A stretch of 64,000 nt of DNA from Trichormus sp. ATA11-4-KO1 (GTDB lineage: Bacteria > Cyanobacteriota > Cyanobacteriia > Cyanobacteriales > Nostocaceae). The number at the start of each line of letters is the position of its first letter. The stretch's first letter is position 1. The position numbers and the translations under genes are program-made. This document shows positions 22,919 to 31,489 of this stretch, one piece after another. The notes under the pieces were generated by a model. The model was not told where the DNA came from. It searched no databases and was given only the letters and a program-made list of their open reading frames with translations. Where the stretch lies: NCBI GenBank assembly GCA_019358915.1, contig JAHHIM010000024.1, positions 1 to 64,000 of the forward strand, in the 5' to 3' direction.

Positions 22919-24265
22919 TTAATCTATCGATAAAAAATCTTCAGATGTGGTGGGATGAATGCCTATGGTTTCATGCAAATCTTTCTTGGTAATTCCCTTA
23001 CGAATTGCCACCCCTAAAGTTTGAATAATTTCGGCTGCATCTCCACCTAGCATATGAGCACCCAAAACTTGTTGAGAATCTTCATTTACTACTAACTTCA
23101 TCATCACTGCCTCATCTTGTTCGGTTAACTGATAAAACAATGGTTGAAAACGAGTGCAGTAACATTTCACAGATGCACCAAATTTTTCCCGTGCTTTAGC
23201 TTCTGTCATTCCTACACCAGCACCTTCGGGACGGGAAAACACAGCAGAAGGCACATAATCATAATTTACTTTTTGTGGCTGGTTGCCAAAAACCGTATGA
23301 GCAACGGCAATACCTTCAGCCTTCGCAACTGGAGTTAATTGCACACGGTTGATGCAGTCACCCACAGCATAAATATTTTTTTGGGTAGTGCAGCAGTATT
23401 CATCTACTTTGATTTCACCCTGCTTACCAAGTGCAACTTGGGCTGTTTCTAAACCCAGATTTTGAGTATTGGGGGTGTAACCTGTGGCTACAAGAATGGT
23501 ATCTGCGGCAATAGTTTCTGAACAATCGCCAGTAGTCTTCAACAGTAAACCATCATCTAAGAGTGTAATTGCTTGAGCAGTGCTGTTAGTTAAAACCCGA
23601 ATTCCTCGTTTGCTTAAACCTCGTTGCACGCCAGAGCGGATTTCGTCATCAAATCCTGATAACATCATCTCATCTGTTTCGATTACTGTGACTTCGCAAC
23701 CTAAAGCCTGCATCATGCTAGAAAATTCTGCCCCGATGTAGCCACCCCCAATAATTGCCAACCGTTTTGGCAAATAAGGTAAGTGAAATACCTCACGGGA
23801 TGTAATGGCATATTCTATTCCGGGAATGCTGGGCTTTTTAGCACGTCCACCCACAGCAATTAAAATTTTATCAGCTGTAACTTTGTGTCCACCTACATCT
23901 AGGGTATGGGCATCGCTGAGTACAGCGTGTTCTTTAATTATTTCAATTCCGGCGTTTTGTAACTGCTCACAATAAGAGTAGTGAATGTGTTCTAAATGTC
24001 GGTGTACGGACTTCATAAATAGTGTCCAGTCAAAGTAGCGTTTACACTTACTCCAACCGTAGCAATGTGCTATTTCATTTTCTTGAGCAAAATCAGCTGC
24101 ATAGACAATCAATTTTTTGGGAACACAACCACGATTTACACAAGTACCACCAATAGCTTCCTGTTCAGCAACAGCAACACGGACACCGTAACTAGCTGCT
24201 TTTTTAGCTGCTGCCAACCCTCCAGGCCCAGCACCGATGACAAACAAGTCGTAATCAAATGTCAT
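22919..24265 (-). CDS. gor: Glutathione-disulfide reductase family flavoprotein
   Basis: GGTCVNRGCVPKK redox disulfide, GGGYIG, C-terminal IHPT; ATG at 24265. Confidence 0.85.
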   Translation of the reverse strand: MTFDYDLFVIGAGPGGLAAAKKAASYGVRVAVAEQEAIGGTCVNRGCVPKKLIVYAADFAQENEIAHCYGWSKCKRYFDWTLFMKSVHRHLEHIHYSYCEQLQNAGIEIIKEHAVLSDAHTLDVGGHKVTADKILIAVGGRAKKPSIPGIEYAITSREVFHLPYLPKRLAIIGGGYIGAEFSSMMQALGCEVTVIETDEMMLSGFDDEIRSGVQRGLSKRGIRVLTNSTAQAITLLDDGLLLKTTGDCSETIAADTILVATGYTPNTQNLGLETAQVALGKQGEIKVDEYCCTTQKNIYAVGDCINRVQLTPVAKAEGIAVAHTVFGNQPQKVNYDYVPSAVFSRPEGAGVGMTEAKAREKFGASVKCYCTRFQPLFYQLTEQDEAVMMKLVVNEDSQQVLGAHMLGGDAAEIIQTLGVAIRKGITKKDLHETIGIHPTTSEDFLSID

Positions 24266-24675
24266 AAAAATCTGTTCCTTTTTAAGTGTTTGCAAAGCAG
24301 CGCTATTTTATCTCTTATAGTTATTTAGCTAATATTTTATCTACTGTCTTTGGGTGGATCAAAATTACTGAAGGTTTAGATGTATAATCTGTCATTTATA
24401 CTCACTAATGACATATTTTCAACAAATTTATAACTTGAGTAGGATAGTTATCTGGCTAGCGACAGGTATCTTGAGGAAGGTTAAGCCGACATCTATTGTC
24501 TAGATGAGGTAGAGGGCAGCAAAACCCAGCATATACAAGATTTTGCAAAGTTGGGTTATCCTAAGATTTAGGCTAAATCTACTTGTCTCGATCCAATTTA
24601 TATTTTTCGCGATCGCGTTTCCCGTTGTTATTACGTGATTTTACAGAAATTACTGTAGTGCAAGGATAAAAATTT

Positions 24676-25554
24676 ATGTATACAGTTCTGCAAAAAATGC
24701 GGAATAAGATTTTAAGGGAAATTGATGCCATACCATTTATACAGTATCAAGAAGAACTTGCTTATCAAGCAGCAGTAGAAAAACATATTATAAATTTACC
24801 TATTCTTTCCAAGAATGACTTAAATTTAGTCGAAACAATTAACCATGAAGGAGTTGCAGTTACTTCATTAGCAGAATTGGGCATTCCATCTACTCTTGAG
24901 ATACTTAAAGCAGCAAAAGACCTGATGCCAAAAATCCCACCAAAGATTTCTGGTCATAAAAATGAGTTTGTTGTTCATGCTAATTCCCAGCAAATAATGC
25001 AGTATCCAGAAATTTTCTTGTGGGGTCTGGAACAACGTTTACTCAACATTATAGAGAATTATTTGGGTTTACCAGTAGCCTATAATGGGGTCTATTTCCG
25101 TAGAGACATTGCCAATCAAGTCGAGCAAACTTCTAGGCTGTGGCATGTAGACAGAGAAAATCAAAAAATATTGAAAATTATAATTTATTTAAATGATATT
25201 AATGAGGATACAGGGCCATTTCAATATGTTACACAAACTTTAACTTCAAAAATTACCAAATCTTTAAAATATACATCTGGCTACATCCAAGCACAAACTA
25301 TGCAAGATGTTTTATCCGCAGAACATTATAAATCATGTACAGGACCCGCAGGCACTGTAATTTTTGCTGCTACTGGGAGCATTTTTCATCGCGGTAAGAT
25401 ACCTATAGCTTCTGATAGGTTTGCTATATTTTTTGATTACAGTTCTAGAAGAAAAAGAAAAAGTTTTTATGGGACAAATTCTCTATCATATAAAGATTTG
25501 GTATTACTCACCAAAAATCTTCCAGAACAAAAAAAGCAGTGTGTTTTTTGTTAA
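24676..25554 (+). CDS. 2OG-Fe(II) oxygenase (PhyH-like)
   Basis: WHVD, IIYLND..EDTGPF and FHRG motifs. Confidence 0.75.
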   Translation: MYTVLQKMRNKILREIDAIPFIQYQEELAYQAAVEKHIINLPILSKNDLNLVETINHEGVAVTSLAELGIPSTLEILKAAKDLMPKIPPKISGHKNEFVVHANSQQIMQYPEIFLWGLEQRLLNIIENYLGLPVAYNGVYFRRDIANQVEQTSRLWHVDRENQKILKIIIYLNDINEDTGPFQYVTQTLTSKITKSLKYTSGYIQAQTMQDVLSAEHYKSCTGPAGTVIFAATGSIFHRGKIPIASDRFAIFFDYSSRRKRKSFYGTNSLSYKDLVLLTKNLPEQKKQCVFC

Positions 25555-25579
25555 GAAGGAACAATTGAAAATAATTTAG

Positions 25580-25815
25580 CAGCATTACATTTAGAAGAAC
25601 GTCCTCTACGGGGAGAATCTAATATCGCTTTAAAGGTCGGACAAGTTCTTAACCGTTACAAAGTTGGGAAACATTTTAAAATTTATATTAAAGCTGATAG
25701 CTTTTCATTTGAAAGAGATATACAAAAAATCGCATCAGAAGCGGCTTTAGATGGCTCATACATCATTCGTACATCTGTAGCACCTAAAATTTTATCTGCT
25801 GAAGATACTGTCAAG
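25580..25815 (+). pseudogene. Internal fragment of an IS1634-like transposase
   Basis: Start-less frame translates RPLRGESNIALKVGQVLNRYKVGKHFKI...IASEAALDGSYIIRTSV...LSAEDTVK. Confidence 0.7.
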
Positions 25816-25817
25816 AT

Positions 25818-25849
25818 GGTGCGTTGTTGCACCGCGCAACGCACCCTAC
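25818..25849 (-). repeat. GTAG-type REP element
   Basis: Minus strand reads GTAG-GGTGCGTT...AACGCACC hairpin. Confidence 0.7.
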
Positions 25850-25881
25850 TGGCGTGGTAAGGCTTACTAGTTTTGCCAGCA

Positions 25882-26259
25882 TTACCAACCACGTACACCC
25901 ATTCTTTGACAAACAATTTGCATTGCTTTACCTGGTGAAGAAGCGGCTACAAAAGGGATTTCGCCAGTATTGCGCTCTTGTTGAATTATTTGTCCACTAG
26001 TCCCGTAAATAGTAATGTTATTTAAAAAAAGCCGAGATTCTTGGCACGATGCAGAGAACGTAGTCTCAAATATACCGTCTCCATACATTCCGTAAAGTTT
26101 GTATGTCGTGCCTTTAATAGTTTCTGTATCCAGGGCTATATGGTTTCCTACCTTATCATGCCCCACGGTGATATACCTTTCTGCATCTTGAGCATTTACT
26201 ATACTACTGCTCAACAAAACAGCGATCGCTCCCACTATACTGCCTAGTTTAAAAAACAT
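25882..26259 (-). CDS. Hypothetical secreted protein
   Basis: Signal peptide (VNA-Q) and two Cys, 125 aa. Confidence 0.7.
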   Translation of the reverse strand: MFFKLGSIVGAIAVLLSSSIVNAQDAERYITVGHDKVGNHIALDTETIKGTTYKLYGMYGDGIFETTFSASCQESRLFLNNITIYGTSGQIIQQERNTGEIPFVAASSPGKAMQIVCQRMGVRGW

Positions 26260-26497
26260 GAGTTTGCAAGTCTAAGATTTACATCTTTTTAGCCTTAATC
26301 AAAACAGTTATGGCACGGTATAAGCACCGAATATTAGATGCATCTCTCACCTAAAGACCAAAATCAACTAGTATGAGAAGTCAAAGATAATGCACACAAA
26401 CTTTGAGGATTTTGGCAGGCGATCGCAGTTAAAGTTTTCGCTGTAACAAAATTTGTATACAAATACATTCAAACTAACAAGTTACTCACCTTTTATG

Positions 26498-26550
26498 AAA
26501 AAAGGCCTGGCTAAGCCAAGCCCTGATGTATACCAAGCATTTACTACACC
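26498..26550 (-). ncRNA. Predicted small RNA, array unit A
   Basis: -10 TAAATT at 26557-26562, site at 26583-26599, hairpin GGCUUGGC-UUA-GCCAGGCC plus U6; start inferred. Confidence 0.65.
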
Positions 26551-26645
26551 AAGATTAATTTAAAGCTTCTATTCCTTTAGTTCATCCTCCTAAAGGATGT
26601 GTGCAAACAGCCTGATAACTGATAATAAATGACTTGATTACTCAT

Positions 26646-26701
26646 AAAAAAAGGTTCGGTTGTGAACCAAACCTCAATAATTGTTGTGCTTAACAACGTA
26701 C
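26646..26701 (-). ncRNA. Predicted small RNA, array unit B
   Basis: -10 at 26708-26713, site at 26734-26750, hairpin AGGUUUGGUU-CAC-AACCGAACCU plus U-tract. Confidence 0.62.
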
Positions 26702-26850
26702 TAAATTAATTTAAACCTACTATTTTCGCAGTTCATCTTCCTTTGGGATGTACCCAAATTTTTCGGAAACTGTTAAGTCATGATTTTGTTAAAATATTCA
26801 CTATTTCCTATTACGTAAAGTCAATATTTAAGCTGTATATCAAAAGAATG

Positions 26851-26903
26851 AAAAAGGCTTGGGCAAGAGCCAAGCCTTTATGTATACCAGGTGTTTACCA
26901 TAT
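26851..26903 (-). ncRNA. Predicted small RNA, array unit C
   Basis: -10 at 26910-26915, site at 26936-26952, hairpin AAAGGCUUGG...CCAAGCCUUUUU. Confidence 0.65.
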
Positions 26904-27078
26904 CTAGATAATTTATCTGCAATTTGTTATTAATTCATCTGCCTTAAAGATGTGTACAAATATTCTCAAAGCTGATATGCAGCATCGCACATAACTAAAT
27001 AAATCTCTATAAACCTATTCATACTTTGGTGAGATGTCATTTTGCTATAACCAATATCTCACGAGACTTAATTTACCC

Positions 27079-27135
27079 AAAAAGAAAACCCTGGCTTGAT
27101 TTCCAGGGCATATATGTATTTTTCAAGCATTAATA
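27079..27135 (-). ncRNA. Predicted small RNA, array unit D (most diverged)
   Basis: -10 TAATAT at 27142-27147, degenerate site at 27168-27184 at the same 20-bp spacing, hairpin CCCUGG...CCAGGG plus U-rich tail. Confidence 0.5.
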
Positions 27136-27291
27136 GTCCGAATATTAACTGCACAAAAAGTTTGTTGCCCCTATCTATAGAAGGATATAAGATCAATACT
27201 ATTTATGCTAGTTCTAGAAATTTAATTTTTTGTCAATTAATTAAAAACCTTAATATGTAGTGCTACTTGTTGATTATTTCTCTTTTTTTAC

Positions 27292-27343
27292 AAAAGAGGC
27301 TTGGCTATTAGCCAAGCCTCTCTATACCAAGAGTTTACCATAC
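27292..27343 (-). ncRNA. Predicted small RNA, array unit E
   Basis: -10 TAAACT at 27350-27355, site at 27376-27392, perfect AGAGGCUUGGCU/AGCCAAGCCUCU stem. Confidence 0.65.
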
Positions 27344-27656
27344 CTGGTTAGTTTAAATATGCTATTACTTAAGTTCATCTATCTAAAGGTTGTGTCCAGA
27401 TATTATAAAAGCTGCTAGGGGCTGATTCAGATTACTATAATCAATAAAAGCTAACTATCTACTAGATGTTTGATATAATACTAATTACAGAAAAAATTTT
27501 ATCTGTATAATTTATGTTTACTAAATAGAAAATTTAGTGATTTTATTGACTATATTGTTTTTGATAATACACATAAATTTAAAATATTAGATTTTTAATG
27601 ATACTAAAAGCAGAAAAATATAGTATATAATTTTAGAAGCTAAATTGATAACATAT

Positions 27657-27705
27657 AAAAAAGGCTTGGTTCACTGCCAAGCCTTAAGTAGAAGTAGAAT
27701 CTATA
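27657..27705 (-). ncRNA. Predicted small RNA, array unit F
   Basis: -10 at 27712-27717, site at 27738-27754, hairpin AAGGCUUGG...CCAAGCCUUUUUU. Confidence 0.62.
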
Positions 27706-27794
27706 CAGCATAATTTAGCTATTTAAGTTAAATGATTCATCATCCAATAGAGAGTATACAAATATTCTAGAAGCTGATACAGCAGTAACTCATG

Positions 27795-27848
27795 AAAAAG
27801 GTTTAGCTAAATGCTAAACCTCCATAGAAAGCAGTTATTCGACACACC
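27795..27848 (-). ncRNA. Predicted small RNA, array unit G
   Basis: -10 at 27855-27860, site at 27881-27897, compensated stem GGUUUAGC/GCUAAACC plus U5. Confidence 0.62.
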
Positions 27849-28092
27849 AAAATTAATTTAAACCTTCTATTTCTTGAGGTCATCTTCCTAGCGGATGTGT
27901 GCAAGTATGTTGCCATATGATATGTCATTAACTTGACAAACCTTGATAGGAAGTCGTGTTAAATTATGGCGCTGCTGAGTGCAAGGATGATTAATCTCAC
28001 GCAGAGGAGCCACAACGTTGGGTAGGTTCCCCGACTTGTAGCAAGTGGCGATCGCACAAGTGCAGAGAATAAGATTCTTTATCTAAAATCTT

Positions 28093-28189
28093 AAAAAGCT
28101 ACTGGGTCTAGTTTCCACTTAACGCAACGCCTAGCTAACAGCAAAACTGTAAACCCGTCGTCAAATTAACACAAAAACTAGACCCAGTA
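28093..28189 (-). terminator. 3' stem-loop or terminator of the cpc operon
   Basis: 15-bp perfect inverted repeat (28100-28114 / 28175-28189) with a long loop, followed by a U-run on the minus strand, just after the cpcG4 stop. Confidence 0.55.
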
Positions 28190-28217
28190 TAAAATGTAGT
28201 CAATCAGAGTTTAAATC

Positions 28218-28985
28218 TTAGCGTCTGCTACCACCACGGTAAGGCACTGCATTGAGATAATCAATATCAAATGCAGAAAGCTTTTGTGCGTAGTTACCGT
28301 TACCACTAACTGATGCTGCCATATCCGCATACTTGCGAGGATCACCTTCAGCGAGGCGTTTTTCTTGGAATTTGCGGGTGTAGAATTTCTCCAAAGTAAA
28401 GCGCCAATCGGTTCGGACTGTACCCACTTTTTCTTGGAAGTCTTCGCCGTAGCGGGGAGTTACCAAGTTGTAGGGGCGACCTTCTAAACGCTTGCGTTGG
28501 TAGGGTACGGTGTTGTCACCAAAACTTTGGGTGTACTCGTCGCTATCCACTAGGGCATCAACGAAGCCGCCAAAACCTTTGGTAGCAATAACAATTGACC
28601 AAGCAATTTGTTCGTCTTTGTTGTAAGACGAACGTCCTAACAAACGCTTCAGGGTAATGTCTACTAAACGGTAGTTGTTGTTAACCGAAACTACCAAGCG
28701 ATAGAATGCTTCAGACTTAGCTAGACCTCGGATGAAGTCCCGTACTGATAATGAACCAGTTTTCAGTTGAGATTCCAGAGTCTTTTGGCGGTTGAACTTG
28801 AGAATTTCATGTTCGCTGAAAACTTGGCGATAAGCAGCCCAAGTTATGCTTTGAATATCAGTGTAGGAACTGACATCTTCCAGACGATAGATATAAGGTG
28901 TATCTTCATTCTGGTCAGCTACGCCAAAGCTTTTGACTCGATGATTTTGACTACTGGGTTTGTATTGAAGTAATGGCAGTGCCAT
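28218..28985 (-). CDS. cpcG4: Phycobilisome rod-core linker, CpcG4 type
   Basis: [27 protein letters not shown] start and EGDPRK.ADMAAS tail recognisable as Anabaena CpcG4. Confidence 0.88.
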   Translation of the reverse strand: MALPLLQYKPSSQNHRVKSFGVADQNEDTPYIYRLEDVSSYTDIQSITWAAYRQVFSEHEILKFNRQKTLESQLKTGSLSVRDFIRGLAKSEAFYRLVVSVNNNYRLVDITLKRLLGRSSYNKDEQIAWSIVIATKGFGGFVDALVDSDEYTQSFGDNTVPYQRKRLEGRPYNLVTPRYGEDFQEKVGTVRTDWRFTLEKFYTRKFQEKRLAEGDPRKYADMAASVSGNGNYAQKLSAFDIDYLNAVPYRGGSRR

Positions 28986-29138
28986 GCTGCGTTCTTCCTC
29001 TTATTAACAAATTAAACAAAAAACTAGCTCTGAAAATGGAAGGAGGTTTGATTACTCAAAATTCTCATTCCGGCTTTACTTATTCTCCCGCATTTATGTT
29101 AGTAGCCGGAGCTGATTCCAAACCAATTTAGTATCAAT

Positions 29139-29882
29139 TTACCGTACAGGGAAATTGGCGCTGGAATCGATAGAAACAGGAACACCTTGCGGTTTAGTGT
29201 TTCTTGTCATGTCAGGAATTTGGATGTTTGCCAGGTTAACTGGTGTGTAGACAACTGTCTTGATTTCGATAGAACTGGCTAATTCCAAGAAATTCTTGAT
29301 ATCGCCTGATTTATACCGCGCATCTTCTAACTTGTCACGCCAGTAGTCACCGTAGCGGGGTGTCACTAGATTAAAGGGTCTATCTTGGAAACGCCGCCGT
29401 TGGTAGGGAACGATATTTTCCCCAAAGTTGGTTTGATACTCTTGAGAGTCGATCAAAGCATCAACAAATCCATTCCAACCGAGAGTGGCTATCTTGATTG
29501 ACCAAGCAATCTCTTCGTCTTTGTTATAAGATGCACGACCTAAAAGTCGTTTGAGGGCAATTTCTACGAGGCGATAGTTGGAGTTGGTTTGTACTACTAA
29601 ATTCCGCAAGGCTTCGGATTTAGCCAAACCCCGGATGAAGTCCCGCACAGTAATTGCTCTATTCTTTACCTGAGATTCTAAATTGCTCTGGCGGTAGAAT
29701 TTCAGGATTTCATGTTCGCTAAAAACCTGCCGATAGGCTGCCCAAATTAACTCTTGGATTTCACCATCAAAGGCATAGTCTTCAATGCGGTAAATTCTGG
29801 GGGTATCTTCGTTAGGTACTTCGTAACCAGGGACGCGTTGGTTTTGGGAACTAGGTTTATATTGCAGTAAAGGGATTGCCAT
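29139..29882 (-). CDS. cpcG2: Phycobilisome rod-core linker, CpcG2 type
   Basis: Linker domain ([19 protein letters not shown]), 247 aa, hydrophilic tail. Confidence 0.85.
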   Translation of the reverse strand: MAIPLLQYKPSSQNQRVPGYEVPNEDTPRIYRIEDYAFDGEIQELIWAAYRQVFSEHEILKFYRQSNLESQVKNRAITVRDFIRGLAKSEALRNLVVQTNSNYRLVEIALKRLLGRASYNKDEEIAWSIKIATLGWNGFVDALIDSQEYQTNFGENIVPYQRRRFQDRPFNLVTPRYGDYWRDKLEDARYKSGDIKNFLELASSIEIKTVVYTPVNLANIQIPDMTRNTKPQGVPVSIDSSANFPVR

Positions 29883-29935
29883 AGTGGATGTGTGGGTGTG
29901 AGTTGGTCTTGGTCATTTGTCCCATGACTCATGCC

Positions 29936-30775
29936 TTAATTTGTCCGGGTTGCCGGAATGTAACGGTAAGGTAGGGACACGGCTGTGGGTTTCACGGTTG
30001 GTTGTGGAGTCCCAACTTCGCGGGAGTTGTCTGGAATCTCCATATCTTTGATTTGGGAAGTAACTGAAGCAATGGTGCGCTGGTAGTTACGTTCGTTGGT
30101 AATCATCTTCCCTGCCATATCTAGGAAGTTGGCGGGAATTACCCGGCGAATCTCTTGTTGAGTGGCGTATCCTGTAGTGCGGGCGTTGTAGAAGGAACGA
30201 CCACCTAGATAAGTCATGGTTTGGCGATCGCGCCAGTAGGAATTGTAGCGGGGATTAACTAAGTTAAAGGGTCTGTCTTGGAAGCGACGGCGTTGAAAAG
30301 GTACGATGTCATCGCCAAAGTTTTGCAGGTACTCTTCGCTGTCTAAGAGACTATCAATGAAACCGTGCAATCCCTTGGTGCCAATCACAATCGACCAGGC
30401 AATTTCCTCGTCTTTGTTGTAGGCAGCACGTCCTAAAAACCGTTTTAAGGTGATATCAACTAAGCGGTAGTTGGAGTTGAGTTCTGCTACCTGTGTCCGG
30501 TAAACTTCCGACTTGCCCAATCCCCGAATAAAATCGCGGACGTTAATAGCCCGATTTCGCAGTTGCGATTCTAAAAATTTTTGGCGATTGCTGTCGATAA
30601 TTAGATGTTCGCTGAAAATTTGCCGATATGCTGCCCAAATGATGGCATCAATATCTGTATCTGAGGTAGCAGCCGCCAACCGGTACATGATTGGTGTATC
30701 TTCGTTGGGTACTTCGTAGCCTTCTACACGTTGATTTTGCGAAGAGGGTGAATAATTCAGTAATGGTATTGACAT
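29936..30775 (-). CDS. cpcG1: Phycobilisome rod-core linker, CpcG1 type
   Basis: Linker domain, 279 aa, LPYRYIP tail, first cpcG after cpcF. Confidence 0.88.
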   Translation of the reverse strand: MSIPLLNYSPSSQNQRVEGYEVPNEDTPIMYRLAAATSDTDIDAIIWAAYRQIFSEHLIIDSNRQKFLESQLRNRAINVRDFIRGLGKSEVYRTQVAELNSNYRLVDITLKRFLGRAAYNKDEEIAWSIVIGTKGLHGFIDSLLDSEEYLQNFGDDIVPFQRRRFQDRPFNLVNPRYNSYWRDRQTMTYLGGRSFYNARTTGYATQQEIRRVIPANFLDMAGKMITNERNYQRTIASVTSQIKDMEIPDNSREVGTPQPTVKPTAVSLPYRYIPATRTN

Positions 30776-30815
30776 ATTTACTTTTGCCTTGTTTTATGGT
30801 ACATAAATCAAGTTA

Positions 30816-31430
30816 TTAGCTATAGGCTAGCTGTACACGGGCCCGGACTGCCTTTTCCACATCGGTTGCTAGCATCTCTTTGAGTCTAGTCTGGATGGGT
30901 TGCTGTAAATCGGGTATTTTGGCCAAGGCTTGCAGACCCACAACGGCGGCATAACGTATTGACCATTCCGAGTCTTGGGAAATGAAAAGCAGCGCTTCCC
31001 AAGCTTTTTTAGGTGCTGTGTGGCTGTCGGGAAAGTTGAGCTGATGCCAGTGCAGGTTTCCTAATCCCTTCGCAGCAGCACGGCGGACACTAGGGGCAAA
31101 GTCTGTAGTTGCTGCTGTGATTAAAACATCTAAAGCACGGGGGTCAGCGATCGCCGCTAAGGTCCGAATCGAATAAGCCCGTGCCCCATAGTTATAATCA
31201 TCAATTTGGGTTAGCAATTGTGGTACTGCTATTTGTCCAAATTCTGTGAGTGCAGCTACTGCCACCGTTGCAGCTGCTGGGTTGTTATAACCAAACACCG
31301 CTATTAAGGTGGGAATGGCTGCGACATCTTTCGCTGCTGCTAAGTTTTGCACTGCCGCCACCATTTTTGCTGGTGTATCTGCCAGGGCGACGGCACAAAT
31401 TAATTCATCAGTCAAGTCGCTTCGCTCCAA
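30816..31430 (-). CDS. cpcF: Phycocyanin alpha-84 lyase subunit CpcF
   Basis: HEAT repeats, FGYNNPAAA, YNYGARAY, DFAPSVRRAA. Confidence 0.93.
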   Translation of the reverse strand: MERSDLTDELICAVALADTPAKMVAAVQNLAAAKDVAAIPTLIAVFGYNNPAAATVAVAALTEFGQIAVPQLLTQIDDYNYGARAYSIRTLAAIADPRALDVLITAATTDFAPSVRRAAAKGLGNLHWHQLNFPDSHTAPKKAWEALLFISQDSEWSIRYAAVVGLQALAKIPDLQQPIQTRLKEMLATDVEKAVRARVQLAYS

Positions 31431-31480
31431 TTAGTAATTAGTAATTCGTAATTCGTAGTTCGTAATTACGAATTACTAAT
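31431..31480. repeat. Heptamer tandem repeats (GTAATTC/GTAATTA) arranged palindromically between cpcE and cpcF
   Basis: TTAGTAATTAGTAATTCGTAATTCGTAGTTCGTAATTACGAATTACTAAT. Confidence 0.8.
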
Positions 31481-31489
31481 TATTAATAA

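Larger units (their letters stand above)
26498..27922 (-). repeat. Array of seven diverged ~125-bp promoter/small-RNA/terminator units
   Basis: Units at about 26498-26624, 26646-26775, 26851-26977, 27079-27190, 27292-27417, 27657-27779 and 27795-27922 share the same motif order and spacing. Confidence 0.88.

Noticed and set aside
24490..24506. CATC-N9-GATG match between gor and the 2OG oxygenase gene
   Set aside because: No TAnnnT hexamer at the 20-bp spacing on either side, and a pattern with eight fixed bases can occur by chance in a window this size.
26498..27922. CRISPR array reading of the repeated units
   Set aside because: Repeats are not near-identical, spacing is irregular, each unit has its own promoter-like and terminator-like parts, and there are no cas genes in the window.
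26498..27922. Tandem small-peptide (RiPP precursor or type I toxin) genes
   Set aside because: I found no shared reading frame; GGAGG-ATG in unit A stops after two codons, and conservation follows hairpin pairing and promoter spacing rather than codons.
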